The position numbers and the translations under genes are program-made. Of a DNA stretch of 64,000 bases, positions 16,360 to 25,739 are shown piece after piece. Each line of letters starts with the position of its first letter. The stretch's first letter is position 1. The notes beneath the pieces were generated by a model. That model ran no database searches. It was not told the origin of the DNA and worked only from the letters and a program-made list of their open reading frames with translations. The DNA comes from a virus (taxonomy: Duplodnaviria; Caudoviricetes): the IMG/VR virus record IMGVR_UViG_3300033075_001053, positions 1 through 64,000 of that record, one strand, 5' to 3'.

Positions 16360-19300
16360 TATGTTTGGTCGTATGATATTGGAAGCGTCGGGTGGGTTCC
16401 TGCAGATCCCTTGACTCCAACTTTAGTTACGCTAACTGATCCTTCTTTGATCTTGATGTATCGGTCTGATCCGGTTTCGTGACGGAAGCGAATGTTGAGC
16501 TTATCTACTCCACTTGTGAGTTTGATAATATCTGTGCCGGTAATAAAGAACTTGGACCCCGATTCAGGAACTTCGGTGGCGCTTATGACGCCGTTATTCA
16601 GAAGTGCCTGGCGTTCGGTTGCTGCAAGCTCAAGATCGGTATTAACATTTAAGGTTCGGTAGTGTGTGTCTCCAATAAACAGCGCAATCTGTGGATACCA
16701 CACATCGGCTGCAAGTGTATTGCTTGTTGGGTAGCGCCCAAGTCCAAACATCCGAACAGATACAGAGAGAATTATGTCTTCTGTTTCGTCGTGCATGACA
16801 TACCACGGAGGGTCGGTAGCCTCTGTCTCGTCAGCGAAGACCCACCCCGCATCGTCATTGATATTCTGAACATGGTAGTACAACTTCTCCCAGGTTCCGG
16901 TAGCTATAGTTTTGTCGGTCGACCGCGCCCCGGATATTGTGAAGAAGTTTGAATCCCAAGAAGTATTCCAGTTGTAATTGACCAGAGATATCTTGCTGGT
17001 GTGAGCTGTGGCCGTGTCGTGAATGGCAACGATGCCAAACTGATTGTCGACAAACTCCAAGTCAGTGACTTCGGGTTGGTCCAACCCCATCGCCGTTACG
17101 GTCAATGTTGTGCCGGAAATCATCAGTAAGTCATTGACGCCGACGTAGGTACGAACAGAGCCAATTCCAGAAAGCGTTCGAAGGCCAAATGTATAAGGGT
17201 CGCTATAGGTTCCCGACCCTGTCATGATCTTGTAGATCGGGGTTCCGGATCCAAGATTATCAATGTCGTAATAAATCTCGGTACCGGAGGCGAACAGCTC
17301 AATCTCATCGGCATGAATGGTCATTCCAAGACCTGTGCCGGCGATGATTGATTTGAAGTTGACTTGGTATGGAGAGGCCAGCGTTCCTGCGCCTGTGGTG
17401 TTTTTATAGACTGCTCCACCGGTGCCAACGCTATTAAACTCCCACATACGGTTATTGTAGATTTCAATGTCATCGGCGCTAACATTGAAAGCAATTCCGC
17501 TTCCTGGGATCAAGGATTTGAGATGAGCAACAAACGGATCGGCCTCTGTTCCCGTCCCTGTGGTGTCGCGCCATATTCCTGACCCGGTACCCACGTTGTC
17601 GACCTCAAAGTAATTCGATCCTGAGACGAGGATTGTGTCCGATACGGTAGAGACAGAGATCCCTCCAGTCCCACTTATTCGTTTGATGTTGAAAGTAAAC
17701 GGGTCACCAACTGATCCATCCCCTGATGTATCACGGTAAATATCCTCTCCGGTTCCAACGCCACTTGCGGCGTAGTAGAGAGTAAGCCCGGTTCCTGAGA
17801 CAATGATTTCGTTATCGTCTTCTGAGGCATAGATTGAGATTCCTCCAGCTCCGGTGAAGGATCTAAAGTTGAGATAAGAATTGGTTCCGTCATACGCAAT
17901 CTTTCCTTGATAAACTCCCATGCCACCGCCGACATTGGCTCCGAGCACAGAGACGTTGAGCATATACGCCCCACCCGAGCAAGCAAGAAGTCCGAGATCA
18001 TTTGATACTCCAAAGTTCCTGAACGCGAACAGAGAATTTGTGCCACTCGCTTCGGTCTTCCAATACCAGTTATAGGGGGTGTCCAGAGCCACGCAATAAC
18101 CAGAAGCAACAGCCTCATACCCAGAGGCCGAGATCATGATCTCATCAGCAAGGTCGTCGACTATAATACCGGGCCCGGCTAATATAGTTTTGAGATGGAA
18201 AGTATTATTGACGCCTGACACAGTCGTGTCTCTCCATACATGACCGCTGCCCACGCCGACGTTATCCATATCATAGGTACTTCCTTCTCCGGCTGTTCCT
18301 GAGATCGTCAGGAAGTTTGTCCCTGATATTACGGTGATGGTTCCAGCCCCTACCAGACCTTTGAAGAACAGAGTAACGTCGCCGTTAGATGAGGTCTTGT
18401 GGTCGTAGACCGGAGTTCCGCCAAGGTTACTTCCGGTAACAGTATGATGGAAGGTGATGTGGTAGTCGTCCTGCTGAACGAATAGGTCTCCGGTTACAGA
18501 AAGTGTCTTGAGTTGGACAACGTGATCGCTTGCGTTGATCGATCCGATTCGCCCTTGCCAATCGTCCGCCCCAACGCCGATAAACGTCACCCATTCTCCA
18601 ACTACGTACCCCGCTCCGCCGTCGGCAATAATGGCTGTTGGTAGTCCGCCAGCAATGGTAACCACCACCGTCATGTCGGCGCCGCTGCCACCGGTTGTTG
18701 TACAGTAGTAAGTTCCGTCTGCATCGGCTGTCCCTGGGGTGACAATATCGAAGGTTAAAGCTACGCCGCCGGTTCTTGTGTTGAGGTAGACTTCGCCCGT
18801 ATCACCGCCGATGTTCCTGAAGGTGTACTCTGTCGGAACGAATTCCGTTCCAGAAACAATAATATTATCCCCGTCCTCGTAGACCGTGACATTTCCAACC
18901 CCGGAGATTGTCCGCAGATTGAAAACGAATGGATCTGAGATCGTTCCTGATCCTGTAATGTCACGATAAACTCTGGATGCTCCACCAACATTCTCCATGT
19001 CGTAGTAGAGCTGAGGCCAGAGATTGTTGATGATGATTTCTTCGTCTGTGTCTGAGTACAGAACCTCTATTCCACTACCGGCAACAATCGTTCTAAAGTG
19101 AAGGACAGATCCACTATAGGTTTTGTGTGAGTACCACTCAAGACCGGAGCCAAGATTATCCGCTTCAATATCAACGTCAAGGATGTAGGCTCCGCCAGCG
19201 CATTCGCTAATAGTAAGATCGTGGGCGCCTCTGAAGTTTCTAAAGACAAACGACTTTGTATGAGTCCCGCTATTGGTTACGGTCTGCCAGTAGAAGTTAT

Positions 19301-22300
19301 AGGGAGTTGAGACCGAGGCACAGACCCCGGATGCGATGGCCTCGTAATTCCAGGCATCGGAGTCAATACGAATTTCATCAGCAAGATCAGTGACAATAAT
19401 CCCGCTACCGGCCAGAATTGTCTTAAGATGGAACGTGCTGGTAAGCCCGGATGTGGTATTTCTCCATACATGACCCTCGCCTGTTCCGACGTTATCCATG
19501 TCGTAGAGGTGATCATTGTCCGTTCCGGAGACCATGATAAGATCCCCGTCTTCATAGACGACGACACTCCCTATACCGGATATGGTTCTGAGATGGAAGA
19601 CGTACGGATCCCCGACGTCGCCTGTGCCCGTGGTGTTTTTGTAAACCCTGGACGCCCCGCCAACATTGTCCTCGTCATAGTACAGAGCGGGCATTCCGGA
19701 GATCAGAATCTCATTATCGGTTGCTGAGTAATAAGTTCTGACCGTTCCAATTCCAGATACGGTTCTGAAGTTGAAGACTTCAGGATCCGACCCGGTTGTA
19801 TTCTTGTACCAATTAAGACCGGAACCGACATTGCTCACATCGTAGGTGTGATCAGTTCCACTAATCGTCACCTCATCGGTCCCGGTTGTGATAGTCACAC
19901 TTCCGGCTTGCTTTAATGTTCTGAAGTAGAACATATTTGGAGCACCGGAGACGAGGGTTTGGTAAACCTCTCCTTCGCCCGATCCTACGTTATCGGCGTC
20001 ATACACCATTCCGGATGCAGGGACAAGGATCCCCTCTGTCCCCGAAATAAGGATTCTGTCGCCATCGTAGAACAGGTGAACCGATCCGGTCCCAGAAAGA
20101 GTTCTGAGGTTGAATTCTTCGGGGCTGGTTCCAGTAGTATCCCGGTATACCTCGTAGGCTCCGCCGACGTTATTGACGGTGTAGGTGTGATCTGTCCCAC
20201 TAACGATCAACGTGTTGTCGGAGAGACTTACATTGACCGACCCTACTCCGCTGATGCTATGCAGATTTTCTGTATGACTACTACCGGCGTCCGTGGTATC
20301 TCGCCAAACTGGATAACCGTGCCCAACGTTGGCCACGTAGTACAGATCATTGGTATCGGTGCCCGAGACAATTAGGGTATTGTCACTGATCGATACAGTT
20401 GTCGACCCAACCCCCGATATAGTCCTGAGATTAAAGGTGTGTGCGCTTCCTGCATCCGTGGTGTCCTTCCACACCCCGAAGCCGTGACCGATGTTCGACA
20501 CACTATAGGTGTCATTTGTGTCGGTGTACACCGTCCCGGAGATAATAATCTCATCCCCGCCCGGTGAGTACTGAACACTGACCGATCCTACTCCAGATAC
20601 GGTTCTGAAGCGCAAGGTTTCGGCAACGTTGTCTTTGTACCACTCGAGGCCCGACCCTACATTTTCGCCGACAAACTGCGTCCCGCTGATGTAAATCTCA
20701 TTGCCAGATGTTGTAACGTAGACGTAGTCGCCCTGCTTAATGGTTCTGAGGTTGACGATGTTTGGCGACCCAGACGTGGTGCTCTCCCACACTTGACCTT
20801 CTCCGGAGCCGATGTTCACGAAGTCGTAAAAAGCTCCGTCTCCGCCACCGCTGGCTGTTGAGGAAATGCGAATATCATCACCAAGATCCTCAACGAGAAT
20901 GTTGCTGCCGGCCAGAATGCCTTTAAGATTGAAGGTAAATGGTCCACTGCCAGTCGTGTCCCTATACACTCCTATTCCTGATCCAACGTTGTCGGTCTCG
21001 TATATGGCCCCACCGGTACCCGAAATCGTAACGATGTCTCCATCGAGTCCTACGACCACACTCCCTACTCCGCTGATCGTTCGAAGGTGAAGCGTGGTGT
21101 CTCCTCCAACTCCGGAAGTGGTGTTTCTCCAGATAAGGCCAACGGCGTCGCCAACGTTATCAGCGCTGACAATAGGATTGTAGAAGCTTATGGTAATGTA
21201 GTCTTCATCTTCCGAAAGGAAGAGATCACCTTCAACCTGTAACCGCCGGAACCAGTATACACCTCCCGAATAGGTTTTATACACCTCTCCCACGTTAACC
21301 CCGGAGGCCCCGAGGTTATCAAGCGTAAAGCAGTCTCGATTGATCTCAAACCAGACTTTTGCTGCGTAGGTTCGAGGATCTATCCCATCCGGATAGAGCA
21401 GGTTTGGCACGGGGTCATCAACGGAAACGTGCGGGATGATACAGTCCGATTCCTTGAAGAAGATTCTTGTGGTGTGAGGCGACGAGTGGACAGTTTCATC
21501 CGGGTCGTAGAGCTGCAGAACAGGAGTAACCCGGTGACGTATGAAGACCGTTTCTGTCCCACTGACGTAAGGATATTCGTTTGTAGTGAGCCACGTCGCG
21601 TTTGCCTTCTTGATGATCGGCGTGACCCACGCAGTCGGAAGATCATGGTGGGTGCCCGAGACGTTTGGCCACACGCCTTCAAAGTTGTACGAGTCTCCGA
21701 AGAAGTACAAAAGAGAAGTGTCGTCATCAACAATGTAGCCAGGATCGCCATTGAACTGTGGAGCGTCCGTTCCTCCATTGATCCACTTGTATCCTACATA
21801 CAGACGATTGTTCGTGAGGCCCTTGATGCTGATCCGATCAGTAGACTCATTGGCAATTTCCCAATCTATACCATGTGTTCCCGATGCGGTGGTGTCGATA
21901 AAGTCAAGAAGCTTTACCGTGTCGTAGGCCGTCGGGCGGGCCGGAACGGACACTCCATTCTCTTGGACGGTCAGCGGAGCAAACGCCTCTACGTTGGCTT
22001 TGATCCCGTCGCGAGTGACGCGCCAGGTAACGTAGTCGTTGTCGACGAAATTGAGCTTTAGCGTTGGATGAACGATCTGAACGTTGTTGTGCAGGGTAGC
22101 CAGATACTCAAACTTCGGAGGGAGTTTGTCTGGTTGTCTCTTAACAACTGTTTCAGTAGTGGGGGCCTCGGGGGCTTTTGCTGGTTCCTGATCTGCCTTT
22201 TTTGCAAGCTGATCGGACAGTGCGTTAAACGCAATTTCTATACGACGATGCTCATCGTCATGCTTGGCCGTGCCACGCTTTGTGTCATTCTCGGGTATGG

Positions 22301-22361
22301 CAGATAGCGCGAGCTTTTTTCCAAACTCAGGCTTCTTGCCAAATGGGTGTTGCTTGGCCAT
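16359..22361 (-). CDS. 2000-aa repeat-built tail/virion fibre protein
   Basis: About 24 copies of a 50-60 aa N[VIL]GxG..V[YW]...F.[LF]RT[IL]SG.G...I.[IV]SG repeat plus a C-terminal domain. Confidence 0.8.
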   Translation of the reverse strand: MAKQHPFGKKPEFGKKLALSAIPENDTKRGTAKHDDEHRRIEIAFNALSDQLAKKADQEPAKAPEAPTTETVVKRQPDKLPPKFEYLATLHNNVQIVHPTLKLNFVDNDYVTWRVTRDGIKANVEAFAPLTVQENGVSVPARPTAYDTVKLLDFIDTTASGTHGIDWEIANESTDRISIKGLTNNRLYVGYKWINGGTDAPQFNGDPGYIVDDDTSLLYFFGDSYNFEGVWPNVSGTHHDLPTAWVTPIIKKANATWLTTNEYPYVSGTETVFIRHRVTPVLQLYDPDETVHSSPHTTRIFFKESDCIIPHVSVDDPVPNLLYPDGIDPRTYAAKVWFEINRDCFTLDNLGASGVNVGEVYKTYSGGVYWFRRLQVEGDLFLSEDEDYITISFYNPIVSADNVGDAVGLIWRNTTSGVGGDTTLHLRTISGVGSVVVGLDGDIVTISGTGGAIYETDNVGSGIGVYRDTTGSGPFTFNLKGILAGSNILVEDLGDDIRISSTASGGGDGAFYDFVNIGSGEGQVWESTTSGSPNIVNLRTIKQGDYVYVTTSGNEIYISGTQFVGENVGSGLEWYKDNVAETLRFRTVSGVGSVSVQYSPGGDEIIISGTVYTDTNDTYSVSNIGHGFGVWKDTTDAGSAHTFNLRTISGVGSTTVSISDNTLIVSGTDTNDLYYVANVGHGYPVWRDTTDAGSSHTENLHSISGVGSVNVSLSDNTLIVSGTDHTYTVNNVGGAYEVYRDTTGTSPEEFNLRTLSGTGSVHLFYDGDRILISGTEGILVPASGMVYDADNVGSGEGEVYQTLVSGAPNMFYFRTLKQAGSVTITTGTDEVTISGTDHTYDVSNVGSGLNWYKNTTGSDPEVFNFRTVSGIGTVRTYYSATDNEILISGMPALYYDEDNVGGASRVYKNTTGTGDVGDPYVFHLRTISGIGSVVVYEDGDLIMVSGTDNDHLYDMDNVGTGEGHVWRNTTSGLTSTFHLKTILAGSGIIVTDLADEIRIDSDAWNYEAIASGVCASVSTPYNFYWQTVTNSGTHTKSFVFRNFRGAHDLTISECAGGAYILDVDIEADNLGSGLEWYSHKTYSGSVLHFRTIVAGSGIEVLYSDTDEEIIINNLWPQLYYDMENVGGASRVYRDITGSGTISDPFVFNLRTISGVGNVTVYEDGDNIIVSGTEFVPTEYTFRNIGGDTGEVYLNTRTGGVALTFDIVTPGTADADGTYYCTTTGGSGADMTVVVTIAGGLPTAIIADGGAGYVVGEWVTFIGVGADDWQGRIGSINASDHVVQLKTLSVTGDLFVQQDDYHITFHHTVTGSNLGGTPVYDHKTSSNGDVTLFFKGLVGAGTITVISGTNFLTISGTAGEGSTYDMDNVGVGSGHVWRDTTVSGVNNTFHLKTILAGPGIIVDDLADEIMISASGYEAVASGYCVALDTPYNWYWKTEASGTNSLFAFRNFGVSNDLGLLACSGGAYMLNVSVLGANVGGGMGVYQGKIAYDGTNSYLNFRSFTGAGGISIYASEDDNEIIVSGTGLTLYYAASGVGTGEDIYRDTSGDGSVGDPFTFNIKRISGTGGISVSTVSDTILVSGSNYFEVDNVGTGSGIWRDTTGTGTEADPFVAHLKSLIPGSGIAFNVSADDIEIYNNRMWEFNSVGTGGAVYKNTTGAGTLASPYQVNFKSIIAGTGLGMTIHADEIELFASGTEIYYDIDNLGSGTPIYKIMTGSGTYSDPYTFGLRTLSGIGSVRTYVGVNDLLMISGTTLTVTAMGLDQPEVTDLEFVDNQFGIVAIHDTATAHTSKISLVNYNWNTSWDSNFFTISGARSTDKTIATGTWEKLYYHVQNINDDAGWVFADETEATDPPWYVMHDETEDIILSVSVRMFGLGRYPTSNTLAADVWYPQIALFIGDTHYRTLNVNTDLELAATERQALLNNGVISATEVPESGSKFFITGTDIIKLTSGVDKLNIRFRHETGSDRYIKIKEGSVSVTKVGVKGSAGTHPTLPISYDQT

Positions 22362-22374
22362 CGCATTGGGTTAC

Positions 22375-22776
22375 TTACTTTCCTTGAGGATCTTCGTTAA
22401 GGTATTTGCCGAAGGAGTTTCGGAAGGGATTGCCACTGGTCCCTCCTCCCTGAACGTTGGCTTTTGTTGATACTTGGGCGCCTTGCGGCATAGTGCTTGG
22501 CAGATAGCCGCCAACTCTTTCCTGATTCCCTTTGTACACGTTACTGACCTCATTGATGTTCTTGTGTCTCCAATCGGTATTGAGTGGATCAAAAGTTCGA
22601 GGATTGAGGCCAAGGTTGAGCATTTGATTCTGATAGAAGTTCTGCTGCGCTGCCAACAGCATATTGTTGGTGTTGCGAGAGCTTTGGATTAAAGCCTCCA
22701 TCAGTCCGTTATGCGCGTTGCGAGCGTCTTGTCCGGCTTCACTAAAGCCAAGGAGTACAGGGTTTGAGTATTCCAT
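22375..22776 (-). CDS. hypothetical virion/ejection-associated protein
   Basis: 133 aa, N/Q/G-rich; TAATG coupling to the upstream gene. Confidence 0.65.
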   Translation of the reverse strand: MEYSNPVLLGFSEAGQDARNAHNGLMEALIQSSRNTNNMLLAAQQNFYQNQMLNLGLNPRTFDPLNTDWRHKNINEVSNVYKGNQERVGGYLPSTMPQGAQVSTKANVQGGGTSGNPFRNSFGKYLNEDPQGK

Positions 22777-23627
22777 TATCCTTCCTTACGTGTACCGTAT
22801 AACATTTTTGCTATGTCGAATTGTTGATTCATCAGACCTTGAGCCTGACCAAATGCCTGATTGTTCCATGGACTCGCTTGCATCTGACGGCCTTCGTATC
22901 CGAGGCCAGCGGCGAATCCTGCCAGTGGGTTGGTGGCCGACTTACCTTGTGACCCGGCAACCATCGTCCCTGGGATCGAGTTCACCATTGCGTTGCCAAG
23001 CCCTGAACTTTGGGCTTCGAATGGCTTGACAAAGAGATTGTACTGAGTGGCCAGATCTTGATTGCGACCCTGCTCGGCTTGGGACATAATTCCGGCAGCT
23101 TGACCAGCGGCTTGTCCGGCAAAAGCATTTTGTTGTACCGCTTGTTGTCCGATGTTCGAAGAGTTCAGCGCCCCCATCTTATTGGCTACAGCCATCATTA
23201 CTGCCGGGCTCGCTCCTTGCTTCTTGAGCTCATCAAGCATGGCCGAAGTCTGTGTGTTTGTGGATCTCTCGGCTGTCCGGGCTGCCGAATCCATGTTCCC
23301 TTGTGCTGCCCCCATGACGTTCTGAGCGATCATATTCTGATTGTTGTACGCCAGACGTCCTTCAGCCGAAGGGCCGAAGTTATTGTACTTCTGCATGTAG
23401 GTCTTGTTGACGGCGGCGCCCTTAAACCCAGCAGCGTTAAACATGTTGGCGTTCGCAAATTTGTCGGCGTCCTGCAAGAACCCCGATCCGGCCTCGCGGG
23501 TTTGACTGGACGTGGCGTCAGTCAGAAGCTTAAGGCCCATCGACCCAACGATCCCACCGATCCCGCCAAAAGCCATACCACCTAATCCGGAGAGTATTCC
23601 TTCGAGACTGAATGGTCCATCTGCCAT
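22776..23627 (-). CDS. probable DNA pilot / ejection protein
   Basis: Gly-rich hydrophobic N-terminus (LSGLGGMAFGGIGGIVG); A/Q/G/M/N-rich, no Cys. Confidence 0.55.
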   Translation of the reverse strand: MADGPFSLEGILSGLGGMAFGGIGGIVGSMGLKLLTDATSSQTREAGSGFLQDADKFANANMFNAAGFKGAAVNKTYMQKYNNFGPSAEGRLAYNNQNMIAQNVMGAAQGNMDSAARTAERSTNTQTSAMLDELKKQGASPAVMMAVANKMGALNSSNIGQQAVQQNAFAGQAAGQAAGIMSQAEQGRNQDLATQYNLFVKPFEAQSSGLGNAMVNSIPGTMVAGSQGKSATNPLAGFAAGLGYEGRQMQASPWNNQAFGQAQGLMNQQFDIAKMLYGTRKEG

Positions 23628-23713
23628 AGTGGTAATAAGTTGTCGTTGTAACTCAATTGGTTCGTGCTAATTTAGCAAAGTTGCAATGAACTTCTATAAG
23701 TCGTTGAAAAACA

Positions 23714-23917
23714 ATGTCCCATAAAGATAAGATTGCGCCGGAAGTCGTTACAGAACTCACAAAATTGATGGCTGAGAAGTGTGACGGATTCCAATGGGCG
23801 TTCGTTGTTCTCGATAAAGAGTCACCATTGATAAGCTGTAGGGCGACTATCTCAGGTTTATTCACAATGTCGGGAATTCTTCATGAAGAAGGACTCTATT
23901 ACGCCAAGAAAAACTAA
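23714..23917 (+). CDS. hypothetical protein
   Basis: 67-aa ORF at the head of the late operon. Confidence 0.55.
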   Translation: MSHKDKIAPEVVTELTKLMAEKCDGFQWAFVVLDKESPLISCRATISGLFTMSGILHEEGLYYAKKN

Positions 23918-24275
23918 TAGTCCGATGACGCGGACCGAGCAGAACATTGTTATCTCTGCCCCTCTCGGATTGCCAGAAAATGACGAGGTTGGTCGTATTA
24001 AGAGAAGCGTACAAACGCTTGATACTTATGCGGTTATTGCTCTCGATTCGTTGACGGAGATTACGCAAAACCGAGAAGTGGACGAAGAAGGGAAGCCCCT
24101 TGTGCGGCCAGAGGTTCGTGTCAATGCAGCCAAAGGAATTCTCACCGCCGGCTCGGAGTACGTCGCTCGCAGGTTCAAGATGTTAGACGTAGTTCAAAGG
24201 GAAGAAACGAAAGAGGTTATGACCTTCGATGAATCGAATCGTATCGCCGTTTATGATCAGGAGGCCGACGAGTGA
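23883..24275 (+). CDS. probable terminase small subunit
   Basis: Immediately upstream of TerL; VRVNAAKGIL helical motif. Confidence 0.65.
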   Translation: MKKDSITPRKTNSPMTRTEQNIVISAPLGLPENDEVGRIKRSVQTLDTYAVIALDSLTEITQNREVDEEGKPLVRPEVRVNAAKGILTAGSEYVARRFKMLDVVQREETKEVMTFDESNRIAVYDQEADE

Positions 24276-25732
24276 AATTCGAAGATTACTTCACGTTCCA
24301 GCCAAAGCAATACGAGTGCTTTCAATGGATTAACAGAAAGAGCTACATCTACTACGGTGGTGCCCGTGGTGGAGGTAAGACCTACGCTGCCATTGGGATT
24401 GCCATGGCTGTTGCTTTGCAGTTCCCTGGAATTCAGATTGTAATTCTTCGTAAGTCGTTGGAAGAGCTCAAGCAGTACATCATCAAGAAGTTCAAAGCTA
24501 CCTTCCCACAAGGTCCGCTCTACCGATACAAGGCCTCTGAGAAGACCGTGTATGTATACAATGGATCGCAGATTGCCTTTCGTCCGATGAGAGATATTAA
24601 TGATGCAGAGAAAGAGCAGGGGGTGGGGCGTCACATGTACATCATTGATGAGGCAAATCTTATCAACGAAGACATCCTGATCATGCTTCGTGGATCGCTT
24701 CGAAACGGTGAAATCAAAGGGTGGAAGACTTGTACTCTATACACCGGGAACCCTGGCGGGGTCTCTGATTTGTGGTTTAAGGATCGATTCATTTATCCTC
24801 GTCACGAGAAATGGCTTCCGGAGGAGTTGGATGAAGCAGATGAATACGTCTTTATCCAAGCCTACTTGAAGCACAATCAGATTCTTCTTGATAATGATAA
24901 AAACTACATCAAGAAACTGATGAGCCAGCCCGAGCACCGACGCAAAGCGTGGCTCGATGGTGACTGGAATACATTTGCCGGACAGTTTTTTGAGTCGTGG
25001 AACGAAGAGCGGCACGTCGTCCCAGACTTTGATCCTCCGCCTGAATGGGCGCGCTGGCGATCTGTCGACTTGGGAAAAGGGACGCACCCGTCGGTCTGTC
25101 TATGGTTCGCACAGGATCCGCAGACGGGGATTGTGTATTGCTACCGAGAGGAATCAAACTTTGAAACACCAGCGGAATTTGCTCACGCAATTAATCGCAG
25201 GTCATTTGAAGGAGAGAGCTTTATTGCTACGTTCGCCGATCCTAATATCTGGGCGGAGAATAATGTTGTTTATGATAACGAACAATACTTCCGGCAGAAC
25301 AATATCTTTCTGACTAAAAGCAGCAACAAAAGAAGCGTTGGGTGGGCTTCGTTAAAGCAGTGGCTTAATTGGAAAAAAGATGTGGCCACGAATAAAATTG
25401 TCGAGCCATATCTAAAGGTATGTAAAGGTTGTACTGGAGTAATTGAGACAATGCCAATTCTTCAGTACGCAGGACAGAACAAAGAAGATTGCAACACGAA
25501 TCAGCTTGACGATTACGCCGATACACTCAGATACTTTGTCATGGGCATTCAGTATGGGTGGGTGTACAATGGTAGAGGAATGACAATAGCAGAATTTAAC
25601 GAAGCCGAGCGCCGCGCAAAGCTGGAGCAGCAGGATCTTGTTGTGCTTTCTACCGAGAGAGTCGAAGACTACTACGAAGAAGAAGTCATGAGCGATTTTA
25701 ATTATGCCGATTTTGGATTAGATAATTATTGA
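24272..25732 (+). CDS. terL: terminase large subunit
   Basis: Walker A YGGARGGGKT, Walker B IIDEA, TGNPGG, nuclease motifs VDLG and DDYADTLRY. Confidence 0.95.
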   Translation: MKFEDYFTFQPKQYECFQWINRKSYIYYGGARGGGKTYAAIGIAMAVALQFPGIQIVILRKSLEELKQYIIKKFKATFPQGPLYRYKASEKTVYVYNGSQIAFRPMRDINDAEKEQGVGRHMYIIDEANLINEDILIMLRGSLRNGEIKGWKTCTLYTGNPGGVSDLWFKDRFIYPRHEKWLPEELDEADEYVFIQAYLKHNQILLDNDKNYIKKLMSQPEHRRKAWLDGDWNTFAGQFFESWNEERHVVPDFDPPPEWARWRSVDLGKGTHPSVCLWFAQDPQTGIVYCYREESNFETPAEFAHAINRRSFEGESFIATFADPNIWAENNVVYDNEQYFRQNNIFLTKSSNKRSVGWASLKQWLNWKKDVATNKIVEPYLKVCKGCTGVIETMPILQYAGQNKEDCNTNQLDDYADTLRYFVMGIQYGWVYNGRGMTIAEFNEAERRAKLEQQDLVVLSTERVEDYYEEEVMSDFNYADFGLDNY

Positions 25733-25739
25733 GGTTGTT

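Noticed and set aside
21429-22061. Long antisense/alternate-frame ORFs in the track (e.g. 21429-22061, 23010-23585, 29423-29974, 53620-54261, 60742-61293)
   Set aside because: They lie opposite well-supported genes and lack recognisable motifs; treated as shadow ORFs
14269-23713. Actively invertible (shufflon-like) tail cassette
   Set aside because: No matching inverted repeats found by eye between 14020-14340 and 23628-23713; the 11-bp inverted repeat at 14274/14325 is local
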